Shown here: positions 39,192-53,998 of the stretch, piece by piece
How positions within the stretch are numbered: position 1 is the first letter of the stretch
Layout of the letters: each line of letters opens with the position of its first letter
Assembly (NCBI GenBank): GCA_043228905.1
Contig: JBHGNT010000067.1
Location: forward strand, 72,341 to 136,340
DNA: 64,000 nt
Origin: Azolla caroliniana
Taxonomy: Eukaryota > Plantae > Polypodiophyta
Reading direction: 5' to 3'
Translations under genes and position numbers: made by a program
The notes under the pieces: generated by a model
What the model saw: the letters and a program-made list of their open reading frames with translations, nothing else
Databases searched by the model: none
Told to the model about the DNA's origin: nothing

Positions 39192-42100
39192 ATGGCCCCT
39201 CCTCCTCCTCCCTCTGATGCCCCCCTCCCCCATCGCCTCCATGGAAAAGTCGCCATCGTCACAGCTTCCACTCAAGGTATCGGATTCGCCATAGCTCGTC
39301 GCCTCGCCCTGGAAGGAGCCTCTGTCGTGATCTCCTCTCGCAAACAGGTTATATATTAAAAAACAAAGTTGACAAATTTAACGACCCTGCTTCCTTCGTG
39401 ATTACTACTATTATTGTTATTATTATTTATTGGTTCCTTCGTATATGGTTTTAGGAAGGGTTTTACAGCTCACTTTTGTTACTCTTGGGTTTTGATCTTC
39501 TTTTCGTGTGCTTCAGAAAAATGTGGATGAGGCTTTGAATTTGCTTAAAGAATCGGGTATATCTGCTATAGGAGTGGCTTGCCATGTCTCTAATGCTGCG
39601 CAGAGGAAAAATCTCTTCAAGACCACTATAGATGTAAGAACTTGTGACTTTCTCCCATTAAGGTCCTCATCAAGACCACTAAAGATGCAAGAAAATGTAT
39701 ATGTTGAATGCTTTTATCCATCAATAAGGGCATTATAGATGTGAGAATATGTACACTTATATTCAACATTAGTACTTCATGTGTAAGTTTATGTATCTAT
39801 CGTGTATGTTTTGTATTAACAATCTCATCAAGATTGCTAAAGATGTAACTATTCATATATGTTGTGTTTGTTTGAGCTAATGCATCCAGTCAAGAGCTCT
39901 ATTGTTCTAGGCAATTGAATGTTTTTTTGTATTAAAAAACATCTTAGTGGAAGGGACCTATTAAACCACGTAACATTATGTTAGCATGAACTCTGAAGTC
40001 ATAGTCTTGTTGTCTCTTGCAACCATGTTTCATGAATTCTGATGAGCCATGTCGGATTATGTCTTGGTTGCATTAAGGAAGGAAGTTTTGACCTAAATGC
40101 TTTCTTTGATTTGAATTTATGGAAGAAAATTGGGAAAGATACTTCTAATACATATATGTGGCTTCATTCTACTTTCCAAGAAGAATCATCTTTTTTAATG
40201 ATAATCACTCTTTTAAAACTCTCAATACCCGGAAGAAATTGAACATCTAATAATAAATTCTAGAGAATTTGTTCTTAATATTACTAAACTGTAGGTATTT
40301 TTTAATGGGTTAATGTTGTGCTAATTTTAATACGTCTCAATTACATCTAGCAAAGCCCAGAAGGGCAATGCATTAAAATGCAAAGTAGATAGTGCCAGGT
40401 ATTAGCATAGAAAAAATGTTTCCTCATAAAGAGCAGGTGCATGTTCCTAGATTTGTGAGAGCAAATTTAATGATTATTTGCAATACTGCAAAGATAAGTA
40501 TGTATAGAAAGGATTGAAGATTCATGGCAATGAAAGGTAAAGGATGTATTATCTTTTAAGATTTCTTTGTTGGGTTTACATTTTATTGAGTCAATTGGCT
40601 GAGTCTACATCAGGTTTTTGACAATTTCAATCTGTTTAGCAGGGCTTTGGCACTGATCATGAAGTCTGATATGAGTACTGCCATGATTTAATTTGCCTTA
40701 CATGCACTCTTAATGAGGAACTTGATACACTGTGAGATGTAAATTATTTTTCGGACATAAGTTCTCTTTTTGTTTTTATTGTAGAGTTTATAATGTGTTG
40801 GTTGTTAGATATGTGTGTCATTTACATTTTTGTGCTGTGCAATACAATGTTTTGGTGGTGCTTGTATTTACTTATTTTTAATTGTAATTCTCCTTCCCAA
40901 AATTAGTGCTATTGTGCTTTGGGATTTGTACCTTATAGAGATTTGGGGGTTGTGACAGAAATTCGGACGTCTAGATATTCTTGTTTCTAATGCAGCTGCA
41001 AATCCTTCTGGTAACTCAATCCTAGACCTCTCTGAATCTGTATTAGACAAATTATGGGAAGTGAATGTTAAGGCTGGTGTTCTCCTTACTCAGGTATGCT
41101 CTGGCTTCTATCTCAAGTCAAATTCCATATTTGTTTTTAAAAAATTACTCAAAATAGTCTTGAACTAACCATTTCTGACATTTCAGGATGCGGCACCTTA
41201 TCTTCAAGAAGGAGGCTCTGTGATTTTAATTTCTTCAATAACAGGGTTCAACCCCCGGGGGAATCTTTCCATGTATGCTGTCACAAAGACAGCTTTGTTT
41301 GGACTTACCAAGGTAAATTTAAAATATATGGTTCAGAATAGATTACATTATGGAATATGTTGATTTACAAATTAGATGAATGGGTTTGAATAGGATGCAT
41401 TGTGGTGTTTAGATTGATATACTTCAAAATAGAGATGAATGCATAAGAATAGGATGCCTGGTGGGATTTTGGGATATGTATTTTGATGTCTAATTAAGTA
41501 TTTAGGGATGAATAGTTGGTATTTGTCTTTAACTCTGTTTTTGACAAACACATATCTCCTATGCTTAAACTCCCATATCTGGAGATAAATACAGTATGTC
41601 TGACAAAGATTTGTCGATGGAAAAACTGATAAATTCAAATGTATAGATATGCTTATTGATCAGGAGAAAATGTGACTTTTTATTGGTATCTGATGCTTTA
41701 TGCATTGTGAATTCACTTACCTCCTGAACAAATCTCTTCTACAATTTCTTAAATATAGTATTCGGAAGATACTATATCTACATCTGTGGCGTACGTGAAT
41801 GCCTATGTGTAATGGGTATGTAAGTCTATGTCTGTTTGTCTATGTCTCTGTTTATATCTAAATATTTCTCTCTCCAGATAAATATCGGCTACACTTAGAA
41901 CTAGTTCTTTGACAATGGTTTAGTAATTTCTAGGCTCTTGCAGCGGAACTGGCACCTAATGTTCGGGTTAATTGCGTAGCACCAGGCTTTGTACCTACAC
42001 ATCTCTCCAAAGCACTCATAGAAAATGAGGAATTGGTAAATAGTTTATGCAAATTTAGGTTAAACACTAAAATACCCCTTGTTGGATATCTACCTGAATA

Positions 42101-42543
42101 CCCCTATGTTTTCAAGCATACTGTAATATCCTGATGAATGCCCCTAAGTTTTCAAAGGTACTACAACAGTATCATGCCAGAGTAAATTTTGCATGAACAA
42201 AATGTTGTGCTGGTGAAAATTTTATAAACTTATGGGTATTCTAATGATACTTTAGAACTTACGGGTATCTGTTGTGAATATCCAACAAAGTTAGTGGTAT
42301 TTTGGTCTTTTCTTGTCTTTTTAACTTGATGTGGAACAAACAACCAATATCTGTATATTGTTATAAATATCAGTTTATATTTTATATACACAGTCAGCCG
42401 AAGTAAAGGCGCAAACATTGCTGGATAGATTTGGATCAGTAAATGATATGGCGGCTGCAGTTGCCTTCTTGGTTTCCAATGATGCTTCTTATATAACTGG
42501 AGAAGTGCTTCCAGTAAGTGGGGGCATGCAGTCTAGACTGTGA
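39192..42543 (+). CDS. SDRA: Peroxisomal short-chain dehydrogenase/reductase (SDRa/IBR1, DHRS4-like); 6 exons
   Basis: Exons 39192-39347, 39517-39633, 40959-41093, 41187-41312, 41934-42035 and 42394-42543 are all phase 0 with GT-AG sites. Motifs: [18 protein letters not shown], catalytic [16 protein letters not shown], and C-terminal PTS1 SRL*. Confidence 0.93.
42058..42312. mobile_element. MULE-like MITE remnant in SDR intron 5
   Basis: The left side aaaatacccc-ttgttggatat...atacccct mirrors the right side gggtat...atatccaacaa...ggtatttt. Confidence 0.55.
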
Positions 42544-44200
42544 AATACTATTTTTTTGTTTGGTTCGAATACTTTTATACAGTAGCCCTGTGGAAATATA
42601 ACACATATATGTTGATAGATAGATCGCCAACATTTGGAAAATTTGTATTTGAAATAAAGATGATATTGAATTAAATTAAATTTATGCACATAAACTATTG
42701 TTCGACTAAATTAAATTGGTTTCCGATGGCACTTTCTATTCGGCTAATTATTCTACTTGTTATCTTTAACAATTTGGTCAATATACAGACACATTATTGA
42801 GACACTCTCATCAAGAACTAGAACTAGCTCTAAGAAAATGCCTTGATTGCATTATGGGGATTTTGATGGCTTGTTTCAAGCTTTCTTCGATTTTTCTCTA
42901 GTTTATGTAGAAGTCAATTATATTCATGTGATATGATAACTGGTTATGTTGCGCTGTGTCAAAACATGAACTCCCTTCCCTCTATTTATGGAAGGGGGTG
43001 AGGTTCTCGCACCGTTACTTGTATTGTTTCACAAGGTTTGTATTTCTTAGCATATGGTCCAAATTCACTTGCTGGAATACCTTCTCAACACAATGTGTAA
43101 GCATTGCCATTGTACACAATACTGGTTGGCTGTGTTTGTGCCTTTATGCAGAATACTGATCGGCTACTTGTTTGTGGACTCTTTACACATAGTGCTAGTT
43201 GGCGACATGTTCATATTCAGATGTATATTTAGGGGAATGTAGTTTAATTTTGGATGTATGTTATGTAACTTTAGGGATGATCCCTCTTACTTCATCCACT
43301 TTAATGCCAACCAATCGTTGGAAAAACTTCAGAACACCCCTAATTATATCTTTATTTTTTTAGAACCAGTGAGTATGAGTATAGATTCCCTTGGTCAACC
43401 TTTAAAAACAGAAAAAGCAATGAATTGACCATATGCTTGCTCGTGTATATCATTGGAGCCAAAGAAGAACATTTGGGAGAAGTTTGAGAACTTACGGATA
43501 TTTGTTGAAGGAAATAAAGTCTTAGAGTATACTTCCATTTCACATTGAAAATGCTATTTTTCATACTAGCTGAATTTGCTATGAAATTCTATAGCATAGG
43601 AGGACGATTTGATACATTGGGAATTCTATAAGGATGACATCCCGATTTGAAGACATGACATAGGTGAATAGAAATTGGCAAGAAGTTATAAGAGAAAAAG
43701 GTAGGAGTCAGGACCATACTTCCTAAACAAATAATTGTTTGTCCAACCCTTCAGCCCTCTTGTCCTCCTTGGCAATCTAGTATAGGCTAGATTAGTTCTC
43801 ATCTAATAGAAGCTAATCCCAATCACCCACATTTTGCCAACATGTGTTTTGATTTGGAAACAAGGTCCTTCCATCGTGTATCCACAATCCACACAAGCTT
43901 GAATGCTACCGCCTTACATGCTAATTGGTCTTAGTAACAACTGCAAGTGAACTTGAATCATGTTATTAAAAATTTACATTATCTACATGAATTTGTTGGG
44001 TTTGAATAGAATACCCAAAACTTCGCTATGGGATGGGCAACTTGTCACACCCACTACATATGAATGTGGCTTCCAATTTGATTGGCTCTAAGACAAGTTT
44101 TTATTACTATTGATTATTCAGTACCTTTATGTATTTAAATCTTAATCTGTCATGGGGAATGTGAGACAAAGGGAGAATTTATAAATAGAGTTTGGAGGTC

Positions 44201-44480
44201 AAATATGAAGTATGGAACCAAAGTCGAAACACTTTTCTCGCAATGTGTGATTTACAAATCCAAACCTCCATCGTCTAGAATGTCATATAAATGTATGTGC
44301 ATGTGTGTATGCATGCATGCATGCATGTATGTATGTATGTATGATGTGTGTGTGTGTGTATTAAATATGAGCTATGGAACCAAAGTCAAACATTTTCCTG
44401 CAATCCACACCTCCATTATCTAGAGTGTTATATTATGTGTGTGTGAGAGAGAATGTGTGTGTGTGTGTGTGTGTGTGTAT
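44201..44480. repeat. Diverged ~162-bp tandem duplication ending in (TG)n tracts
   Basis: aaatatga..tatggaaccaaagtc...cctccat..tctaga.tgt occurs twice. Confidence 0.75.
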
Positions 44481-47226
44481 GACACATATTTGTGCATGTA
44501 TCATCTATAGACTATACCTATGTACATGCAAAGACAAATATAGGTACATAATACACAATACATGTGTGTGTATGGAATCCACTTTCTAGGATTCCATTTG
44601 GATGTCTCATTAAGGGGTATGTGTAGATGGTTACAAGTCCCTTATCATGCATTAAACACATATTAAAGGATGGAGACAGAGGGTTCATGTATCAACCTAT
44701 CACTCAAAATGTTGTTATACAACAAATGGCTAATATCTTTGGGAATCTTCGTTTCAAAGAGAAAACGTCAAAATCATTTTGGAGAAGTTTATGAGGCGAC
44801 AATAATGGATTGATTGGAAGATTTTTTTTTGAAAAATGACTTAAAAAATCCTAGGGGATGTTATATGTTGCACGGGCATTTAATAAAATTTATGCTTCCG
44901 TAAAAATATTTGCAGGCTTTACGAGCAAAACCCTGATCTCAAGCTCTTGAGATTTTTTGACTTTTTGAGAGACATATTAAATCTCTAAATATGTGTTAGG
45001 GGACTAGGGTATTATCTACCTCATTATTTTACTGTAGACGTGCTTCTAAACTAAGGTTAGGCTTGTAATGTGCATTACCTAGATAATATGTTCTAATACT
45101 AGTGAGTTTATACTTTTCAATAAAAGCTATATGAAATTTTCTCTTCTATACTAACATCGATGGGGAAGATAGGGATGTGCATGCACATTGCACATTCCAA
45201 AGATTGCCAATGATTAAAGCTTTTAATAACATATCTTTTGAGGTGTTTTCAGTAAGGAAAATGGCATGGCTTGGAAAGTGATATGTGTCACACGTCCTGT
45301 GTTCTTGCAAGAATATGTGCCACATCCTCCAACCACATTTAGAGATGCATTTCCTATATGAAGTTAAATACTTGGCACTGAGTCAGTGAGTTGGCAATGT
45401 TGATATTTTTGAAGGCATGATTTATGTGCACTTCCTGCTCCCATGTTAAGCTACATTGGATCCTTCTTTCACCCCCAATCCTCTTTGTGACGGACTTAAC
45501 AAATAGGCTTACTTTTAGAAACAAAATATTGTTCACTGTGAAATTTAGTTCTCCTAAAGTAGAAGGCCCTTTTCACATATAGTGGAAATGAATGAAAAGA
45601 AAGAGTGAACCAATAAGTAGTTTGTTGTTTTCTAGTGGTTTTACACTTGGTCACTAAAATTCGAAAAAATAGTCACTTACAATGGTTTTGTCCACAAAGA
45701 TTATGCAAAGAATAGGGAAGTTAGGTAATTAGTTCGTGCTTATTAGCCAAAACCAATGGAGAGTTATCCATTTGAGACCCCTTGTTCGACAATGTGATGT
45801 CCATGTGGGTATCCTACGTATATGCTCATGATTCACACATATCTATACAAGCCAATGATTATCTCTTTGAAATGGTAGCCTCTTTCTTAGGGACTCGAAG
45901 CAAATTATCTTGCATTTTCTCCATCTTGCACAAGCTACAACTTATGAAGATGTGTTTCTACAACAGGCCAATTCAATGTACAGCCATGTTTGTATCACAT
46001 AATACATTCGCCCTACAATGCTGATATATGTTTGATGAGAAATGTCTATCATTAGAAGTATACACAAACATGGTCGTACTAATTATATTTAGTCCCTAGC
46101 AATATTCATCAATTGTGTGAATGATTTAGCACTATCTGATTGGTTGAGTAGCAATTAATGCCAATTGTTCATTATTTATTAGCTGATAATTTTATTGTGC
46201 AAAATATGATATATGGAGGCAATGCTACATTACCAAACCTATCAACTTTACATGAAAGTGGATTGTCGAGAAAATTGTTGTAGGAATCTAATGTTGTTTC
46301 TCTAACATAGAACATTCATTAGAATAAGTGGTTCATAGACATGTAATCTAATTGAAATTGGCATCAACGGGGTTGTTCATTATCTCAAAGTGGCATACCA
46401 TTAGTATGGGACTTTGGAAACATACTAATGAGAATCATACCTATACTTCAGCTTTGAGGTTATTCAAACAAGCATCCACAAAATCAATCACTGGCAAAGT
46501 CATACCATTGTGTATGACACTATGTAAACAGGTAATAAGAATCGTAGGAATAACAAGAAACATACCAAGAAGCCCATAAAATCACAACATGAATTCAACA
46601 AATTTGTGGTTCATGTTATGGAACCAAAATCAACATCACCAAATGTTTCATGCTAGAGATTTAAGACAATCATTAGGGTTTGGATTACTAGTACAATATA
46701 CAAGGGATCCTCAAAAGGTCAATGTTGGTGGGAAGGAAATAGACGGTCTTCTCTATTACCGTATACAAAAAAAGGATGACCTAAACCTAGTCTCATTCCA
46801 TGTCGGCATAACAAAAATGACAGATTCACTCTTTGACCATGCTAAAAAGACCAAAATGTAATGCTTTGATACCATGTTAGCAAAACATATGGGATGGAAC
46901 CATTGGCTAGGATACCATGTTTACAAGCTATTCACTCAATATACCATGCCATTGACAATTGAAGTGTTACACGGGGACATTCTCCGATATGTGCCAAGTT
47001 AATGAGCCAAGCCAACGCACACAACACTCGGGGGTTAAGGGTTTTCCGAGTAACATGAAACAAGCTATGCTTTACTATGAGCACACAACATTGTTAACGA
47101 GCCGGAACAATGGATGGATGTGAGGCACTGATATTGTGTGTGCAATGCAGTCCGCGAGTCCGAGGAAAGAAATCGTGAGATGAAAAACACCATATTCCTT
47201 CCTTCCTTCCTTCTTTTACATTCTAA

Positions 47227-47787
47227 TTAGTTGTGCCGAGGCGGGGCGATAGGGCAAGGGCCCCGAATGGGGAGAGGATTACCCTTATCATCATAGAGAA
47301 TAAGGCCAGAGAAAGTGGGTCTCTTACATCTTTCACCCATAAGGATTGTATGCTGCCAAACAGGGGATCTAAGCTGAAATTGTTGTTGTTGTTGAAGATT
47401 AATGTTGTTGAGAGGCTCCTCTGTTTTCCTTGACCCATTCTTCTTAGGCCCTCCTGTTTTCCTTGACCCATTATTAGTGACTTCCCCTGTTTCCCTTGAC
47501 CCATTATTAGTGACTTCCCCTGTTCCTCTTGACCCATTATCACTGACTTCCCCTGTTCCTCTTGACCCTCCTTTCCCTCCTATCTTTAGAGGAGAGTTAG
47601 AAGAGGCTCCATCCCCATCACTACCTCTATCTCCCACTTGTCTCCTTCTTGCACAAACACCCAATACAAACATCATTGAAATTAGACCCATCAATATACC
47701 TCCATATCCTATCACCATCTCTAAGAAGCTATAGCTCCCTCTTCTAAACATAGTATTAGTACTCTCCATATGAACCCATCTTGCCAT
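47227..47787 (-). CDS. Small plant-specific uncharacterised protein of the 'WQ+xILMGExC...FSGxIxYD' family, with a hydrophobic N-terminal segment and an 11-aa repeat
   Basis: 186-aa intronless ORF. The C-terminus SPVWQHTILMGERCKRPTFSGLILYDDKGNPL matches a recalled conserved plant motif. A microsatellite-rich leader lies upstream. Confidence 0.85.
   Translation of the reverse strand: MARWVHMESTNTMFRRGSYSFLEMVIGYGGILMGLISMMFVLGVCARRRQVGDRGSDGDGASSNSPLKIGGKGGSRGTGEVSDNGSRGTGEVTNNGSRETGEVTNNGSRKTGGPKKNGSRKTEEPLNNINLQQQQQFQLRSPVWQHTILMGERCKRPTFSGLILYDDKGNPLPIRGPCPIAPPRHN
47421..47571. repeat. 33-bp coding minisatellite, ~4.5 copies (GSRxTGEVTNN)
   Basis: ctgtt...cttgaccc at 47421, 47454, 47487, 47520 and 47553. 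Confidence 0.9.
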
Positions 47788-47883
47788 GATGGTTCCTCAC
47801 AAAACAAGCTCTCCCTCTCACTCTCTCTCACACACACACACACATACACGCACAAGGAGTAGAAGAAGAAGAAGAAGAAGAAG

Positions 47884-47919
<36 letters not shown>

Positions 47920-48107
47920 ATACCCATGCTCTGTTCTTCTTCTTCTCTTCTCTCAGAAAGACAGGGCCCCATCAAATGATGTATAAAGGTGGATTGGATA
48001 ATAATAGAGCAAAAGCCACATCTCAATAGCAAGATGGGAAATGCATTATGGAAGCCAACTGTCCTACTTGTGTTGGGCCACTCATGATTGTGATTCTTGT
48101 TTAGATG

Positions 48108-48149
<42 letters not shown>

Positions 48150-49154
48150 TACACCACACTTTTGCAAGGTAAAATTTTGACCTTACACTAAAGGGTACAT
48201 AACTATTACCGAATCACGATATTTGTTCGACCGCATTCTACCACCTCACCACTCGAGACCAAACCTCACTAACTGTATTACTTTACCTTGATGGATGCCA
48301 CTCTTGGGTGGAGTGGAGAGAGGTGTTTAACTCATCATTACCTTCGGAAACACACGTTACTAGACTGCCAAGGCTCATTGAACACAACCCTCACTCTCGG
48401 TTTCAAACCTTTAGATGCTGCTTAGACTCTATCGGTGTTGCTAATCTCTGTTCCTTGGATCCATTATTCAATTACTAACATATAAACATAAGATAATATT
48501 TGGTGGTATAGGACATTGATCATATTTTATGTTTGTCTCATGTCCTTCCCTCTTGGGTTGATTAAGCACCCTCAATCCATTAAATATACTTATAAACTTG
48601 GTCCCTAAGGTTATGTTGGTAATAGTTTGGTAGTATTCAATATGTATATGTTCTCATGTCAACACATGAGCAAATTGACGACCATGATAAAGTCTCTCTT
48701 CAACTAGTTTCCCATTGGGTCATGGACGTTTGCTTCTTCTACCTCTCATGTGTATTTTAAGAGATACACCTTAACCTTTGAAGTATAACTTTGATTAAGA
48801 ATCATTGTATAGTTATGAGTTAATTTTAATTGGAGTTTAAATTATTATTTTTTGTGGATATAATTCTCCTAGTGCTTGCATGGAAAATATGAAATTGAGA
48901 TAATTTAATGAAACATAATGTAGTCAATAAAAAGGTCATGTATCTCATCAATGATCATATAACAAAAAGACAGGTTCAGACTTGGACAAACTTGTGTGGA
49001 AATATACTTATCCTATTATCTCCATTTATAATGATCGTGTGTAGCCTACAACATGAGAGACAGGGTGGGAACCTGGAAGAATATCCAAAACATTGTGATT
49101 ATAGTGATAATACTCGAATTAGTTTTCAATAATGCAAACAACATAGATGTATAC

Positions 49155-49191
<37 letters not shown>

Positions 49192-52100
49192 ACACATAAC
49201 TATGGAAATGTAAGAAAGTGAATTGAAATTAACCATCAACATTGGGAGAAGGATGACAATCGTTTATTAGACTTATGTGGTCCGAGGAAGAAGTGTGCGC
49301 TCATGCATACATGACAAAGGGGTTACTTCAAGTGAACGCAACAAAGTTTCTTCAATCAATGCTATAGAGAAAAAATAGCATTAGCTTTTATGCCACTGAA
49401 GTACAAGAAATTTACGTGTTTATGGTAGTCTTGTTTCTTGATTTCCTTTTAGAGACACCGAATCTATTGTCCTTATATAGAAATGATTTAAAACCTTCAA
49501 TATTAAAGTCGACTCCCATATCAATTGGGATGTTTTCAAAGAAACCAACTTGTATGTTGGTCTTTATAGCTAAACTACATTTTTTTCAACCGAGGTTGCC
49601 CTAAAAATTTTAGCATGTTGTTGGGCTCAACAATCTTGGCAACCATAAAAAACAAAGTCTAATGCCATTATCGAGACTCTGTGATTTAAATAGAGGCCAT
49701 CCTCAAAAATCTTGATAGCTACCTTTTCCATCTCTTTTGAAGGAGGTAAGAATGATGTCTTGAGTTGGATATTGGAGGCTTGGCACAATACATCCTATCA
49801 TGTGTTTGCGAAAAACGCGATTAAAATGTGGAAGATCTAAACATGTATAAGTTTTCAAGAAAGGATATCGACGTTCAAAATATGTATCACAATGATGGAT
49901 TAATGGCCTTATATGTTCACTTAATCACTATGAAGACCTCAAGTTTTTTATAAAAATGTAGCAATATTAGTTAATAAGGGCTAGTTAACATATTTGCCAT
50001 TCTAATTTATCGACAACATTATAGGCTCTAGTTGTCCTTGCATTTGAGTTATGTTCATGCTTTTAAACGAACAATTTACACTAGTCACTTTCAAATATTG
50101 AAAGCAAGCCATAGGAGCTTCTATTTCACAAACTTCAAATCATTGAAACCAAACCAATGTGCGTATCCTCTATATATTATTCCTATGGTATTCATCGTGG
50201 AAATGAAATAGGCAAAACATCGGAGGAGCATTACACACAATTAGCTAGTACAAAGATTTTATTTAGGAAGTGCACAACTAGTATGTAGGGTACATTTACA
50301 TCATGAACTTGAAGATATGTAATGGCTAAACCAAATTGGCAATTACATATGTTTCTTATATGTAGAAAAGGGCCATGTTTTTGTAGTTCCCCATCAATAG
50401 AGGATGAGCAATTCATAAACACAGTAGGACTTTGTAACACCATATCTTGGATGATAAGCAAAAACACAGTGAGGTAGAAAACATTGTTGAATGATAAACT
50501 AGATGCAAAGCACAATGTGACGTGTCTTTTGACATTGGATTTCAATTTTATGGCCCATCAAAATATATCTTGAATTGAGCATTGTCGATTGGCACAAATT
50601 TCAACTTTTCTCTCGACATTTTCATTATTATTGCGTCTTCTTACATGTAGGCTTTACATCCAACTTTTTTAATGGGCTTTTAAAGATGGTGTCTTAAGGT
50701 GTCAATAAAAATGTACATGATGTGATGTTTACGTAAATGCTATACTAGAATCAAATATTCATAATGATATACATGCTTAGAGTTCGACGTTTTATAATTA
50801 CAGCAAGCAAGACTCTTAGGAAGTTACCCCAAGGGTAAGAGGGGAGTTTCTCTAGATAAGTGTTTTCGAGTTCAAACCTCAATGCTTCTCCTTGAGATAT
50901 CTTCCCAAGTCAAAGCTCAAGCGAATCAATAGATTTTATGTGAGCAACAAACTCAATGCTAGGAAACAAATATAGGAAGTCACTTCAAAACACATTGGTG
51001 GAGTAAGAAGATGAATTTGCTTTTCTTTTGATTCAACCTCACGTTGCATTACTTTTGCCCTTATAGGAGACACTTCTTGTTGGAAGTCGAAACATTTGTT
51101 ATTTCTCTTTTATTTTGAGGAACCATAAAATAAAGTTAAAAGATACATGGAATATGGGTTTCCCACTTGAATGTATGATTTGCTATGGTGGAGGAAGCCT
51201 AAAATCTTTTGAGAAGTTCCCAAGTTTTGATCATTGTGGTGTGGAACCATTTTGATCTTTACATTTGTATAGTCAACCAAAAAACCCCATGTTTGTATGA
51301 GTGTCCTATTTGAAACTTTAAAATGGTTGATGTTTATTTACCAACGACAAAGAAGTGATGCAATGAATGATATGAGGTGGAGCATGTGTTCAGTTTCGGG
51401 TATGTGGAGAAATAAGCCAAAAAAACATCGTTGAGACATATTTTAGATAAAAAAAAGTTCCTAGGAGGAATGCCAACTTCTATATTGATGATAATTTTTT
51501 GCCTAAATAATGTTATTTAATATAACGCATCAAACCTAAAGGTGGAAATGAATCACGATAAACAAATGCATCGGATTTTTGGTAGAAAGCAATATGAGTG
51601 AGACAACATTGTAGACACAAGTAATGAAAAGTTGATAACCACATACATTAATTACAACATTACTTTAGATTGGAGATTCTTGATGTTAATTGATGGTCAT
51701 GTTCCATAATATAACCTGAATTGTGGAGCTTGTTTACGGACAAGATTGCAAATAATGCATTTTTTTGTCTATCATAGGATCTAGAACATGTCTTTTTGAA
51801 AGGCATAAAACAAGATGTACATTTACTGACGTGAAAAGACTGTAGTTTCATATTTTATCATATGAAGACAAATACTCCAAATCTGGTGTGTCTACATGTG
51901 TGAAAATTTCCGATTACATCAACAACCTTTGTGAACATTTGTCCCTACTCGTTATGCACCCTTTGGGATCCAATCACAATCTCAAAGTTATGAAGCATAA
52001 TCTTGATCAAAATTGTAATATTACTAGATGAATGCACGATGAATGCTACGATTTTATCGTTCAATCTCTCCTAAGGCTACAGACAACGGGAGGACAAAAT

Positions 52101-53110
52101 GTAAATGACAATCATGGGTCAAACAATGGTCAATCATAATTATATGTATCACTAACAACATATATAGCTTAAAAAGCTCAAGCATTGTGCTTGTTTGTAT
52201 TTTAGAGGAAATGTTTCAATATGGGCATATGCGATGGGCACATACGTGAACAATTTATGGTATACATAGAGCAAGTATTGATTGATTGATTGATCATTGA
52301 TGTGAGCACTTGCTTTGTCATTGATGAAATGGATTGATTTCATTGAACGATTTCTCAAGGAGCATCAAGGTTTGACCGCACAAATACGTATACATATGTC
52401 TATACTTTCCCTTTTAGCCTTGGTGCATGTAAATGCTTAAGAGTGATGGTGGTGACAAGTTATAAAAATTGAACTTTGAATTTTACGATTTATTAAATTA
52501 AATTTACTGATTGTGACCAATTGTTTCCATGTCTAGCAATCGTTGTTGTCAAGTTCTTACTGGTCACTTTTCACCATTATTTTGTTGTCTATTATCATCT
52601 CTAAATAGCGCACAGTTGAACCCAAGGGAACTATCGATACAGATATTCATATCGGTATAGTCAACCCACACATTGAATATGTACAATTTACCATTAAGTA
52701 ATTTCTTATTTAAACAAGAGATTTGTATGTACTTTGTCAATATTGTGCACTCACAAAAACGTGAAAGTGGTTAATGTGTCAATGAAACACTTCACAAGGT
52801 GCATGTCATTGATATGGGTATAGAATGGTTTGTAACAAGTAAGGTGCATCAAGTCGATATAGAATAAATAGTCTGAAACACGTGCTGATACTTACTAAGC
52901 AAAGATTTCGTTTGTCACGTCTCAACCCCAATCTCACAAAAGTAAATGCATCATTCATTTATGCTTGGTTAATGCCAAACTTATGTCAATCCGATCAACA
53001 TTTACTAGACTCATGTGTGCTTCATTCAACGTTTACCACATCACGTTCATCCAAGCAACATTTGTAGCCACATGGGCCACTAAGTTCTAATAATCTTTTG
53101 CTCTTTTCAT

Positions 53111-53410
53111 GGGAAAATTACCTAAACATATTTCTTAATGTATTAAGTAGGCCAATAATCCTCTAAACTTGTCCAATTATGAAATTGAGTCGTATAGTAA
53201 ATAGAATTTACTCACTAATTACTTTGAATTTATTTTCATACATTGTCATTACTTGTCCTATGAAGTTACATCTTTTAATGTGTATTATGCACTTGATCTT
53301 AAATTATGTGTAATTAGTAGTGAAGACTTAAACCATGTGCACATTTCCATTTTCTAATACATAACCATATTTAGGTATTTTTGTACAAGTAGCAATTGCA
53401 ATTTTTGCCT
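53111..53410. mobile_element. Possible degenerate MULE-like MITE
   Basis: gggaaaattacctaaa at the left and tttaggtatttt...aatttttgcc at the right, with an AT-rich interior. Confidence 0.3.
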
Positions 53411-53998
53411 AGGGTGAGAGTTTCTTTTGTTTTTGATTCATTTGTTTATATAAAAAGAGAATATATAGAGTAACAATGAGATAGAAGAGAATACAATCCT
53501 TCATTTTTGTGCGCATGAATTTTCTGGCTATGAGACGAGCGTCATTAATCTATTACAAAATTATCATTCTTATTCATCATGGTAGGATTAAGATTCCATG
53601 GCGCAACCTCAGAGTTCATGCTTTGCACACCTTTTGTTATGTGAACTGCACCTACCCTTCCAAGAAATATTGTTGATTCTTTCAATTGGTAAGACATTCT
53701 TGACCTAGAACATGCAAACATTCACAAGATTGAGCCTACACCTCTTTTTGATCTTCTATGGAGAAGATACTGTTGTTAAGATTGGGCATAAGTAACTTGC
53801 TAGGTTTCTTTGTTCAAGTTAAAAATAAAGTAAGGGTTAGGTATTAACAACACATTATTCATTTTAACACAATTTTATTGTTCATGTTTAAGTAAATAAA
53901 AAGAAATCTTGTGGTACAATTTTGTCAAATGTGAGGGTAAAGAATTGTTGATAGGAGATTTCACTAGTTTATTTCCGATCTCCGCCATATCTTCAATC

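Noticed and set aside
38798-39275. HTHTHT/VCVCVC ORFs
   Set aside because: These are translations of the (CA)n microsatellite. The SDR starts at ATG 39192.
33392-42543. KCS plus SDR as a lipid biosynthetic gene cluster
   Set aside because: The SDR is a peroxisomal SDRa/IBR1 type, not the ER ketoacyl-CoA reductase of the elongase. Adjacency of two genes is insufficient.
46863-46885. tRNA-Met primer binding site (TGGTATCAAAGC on minus) implying an LTR element
   Set aside because: No matching LTR, TSD or gag sequence was seen. The ataccatg core recurs nearby, and the site may lie in the 3' region of the 47227 gene.
47223-47734. Alternative-frame and antisense ORFs (106 aa, 110 aa) over the 33-bp repeat
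   Set aside because: They stay open because of the repeat. Only the 186-aa frame carries the conserved motif.
49570-50700. SWIM/MULE transposase remnant
   Set aside because: Only a vague Cys/His pattern across broken frames, which cannot be supported without a search.
50840-50885. tRNA or SINE suggested by gagttcaaacc (B-box-like)
   Set aside because: No cloverleaf, A-box, tail or TSD.
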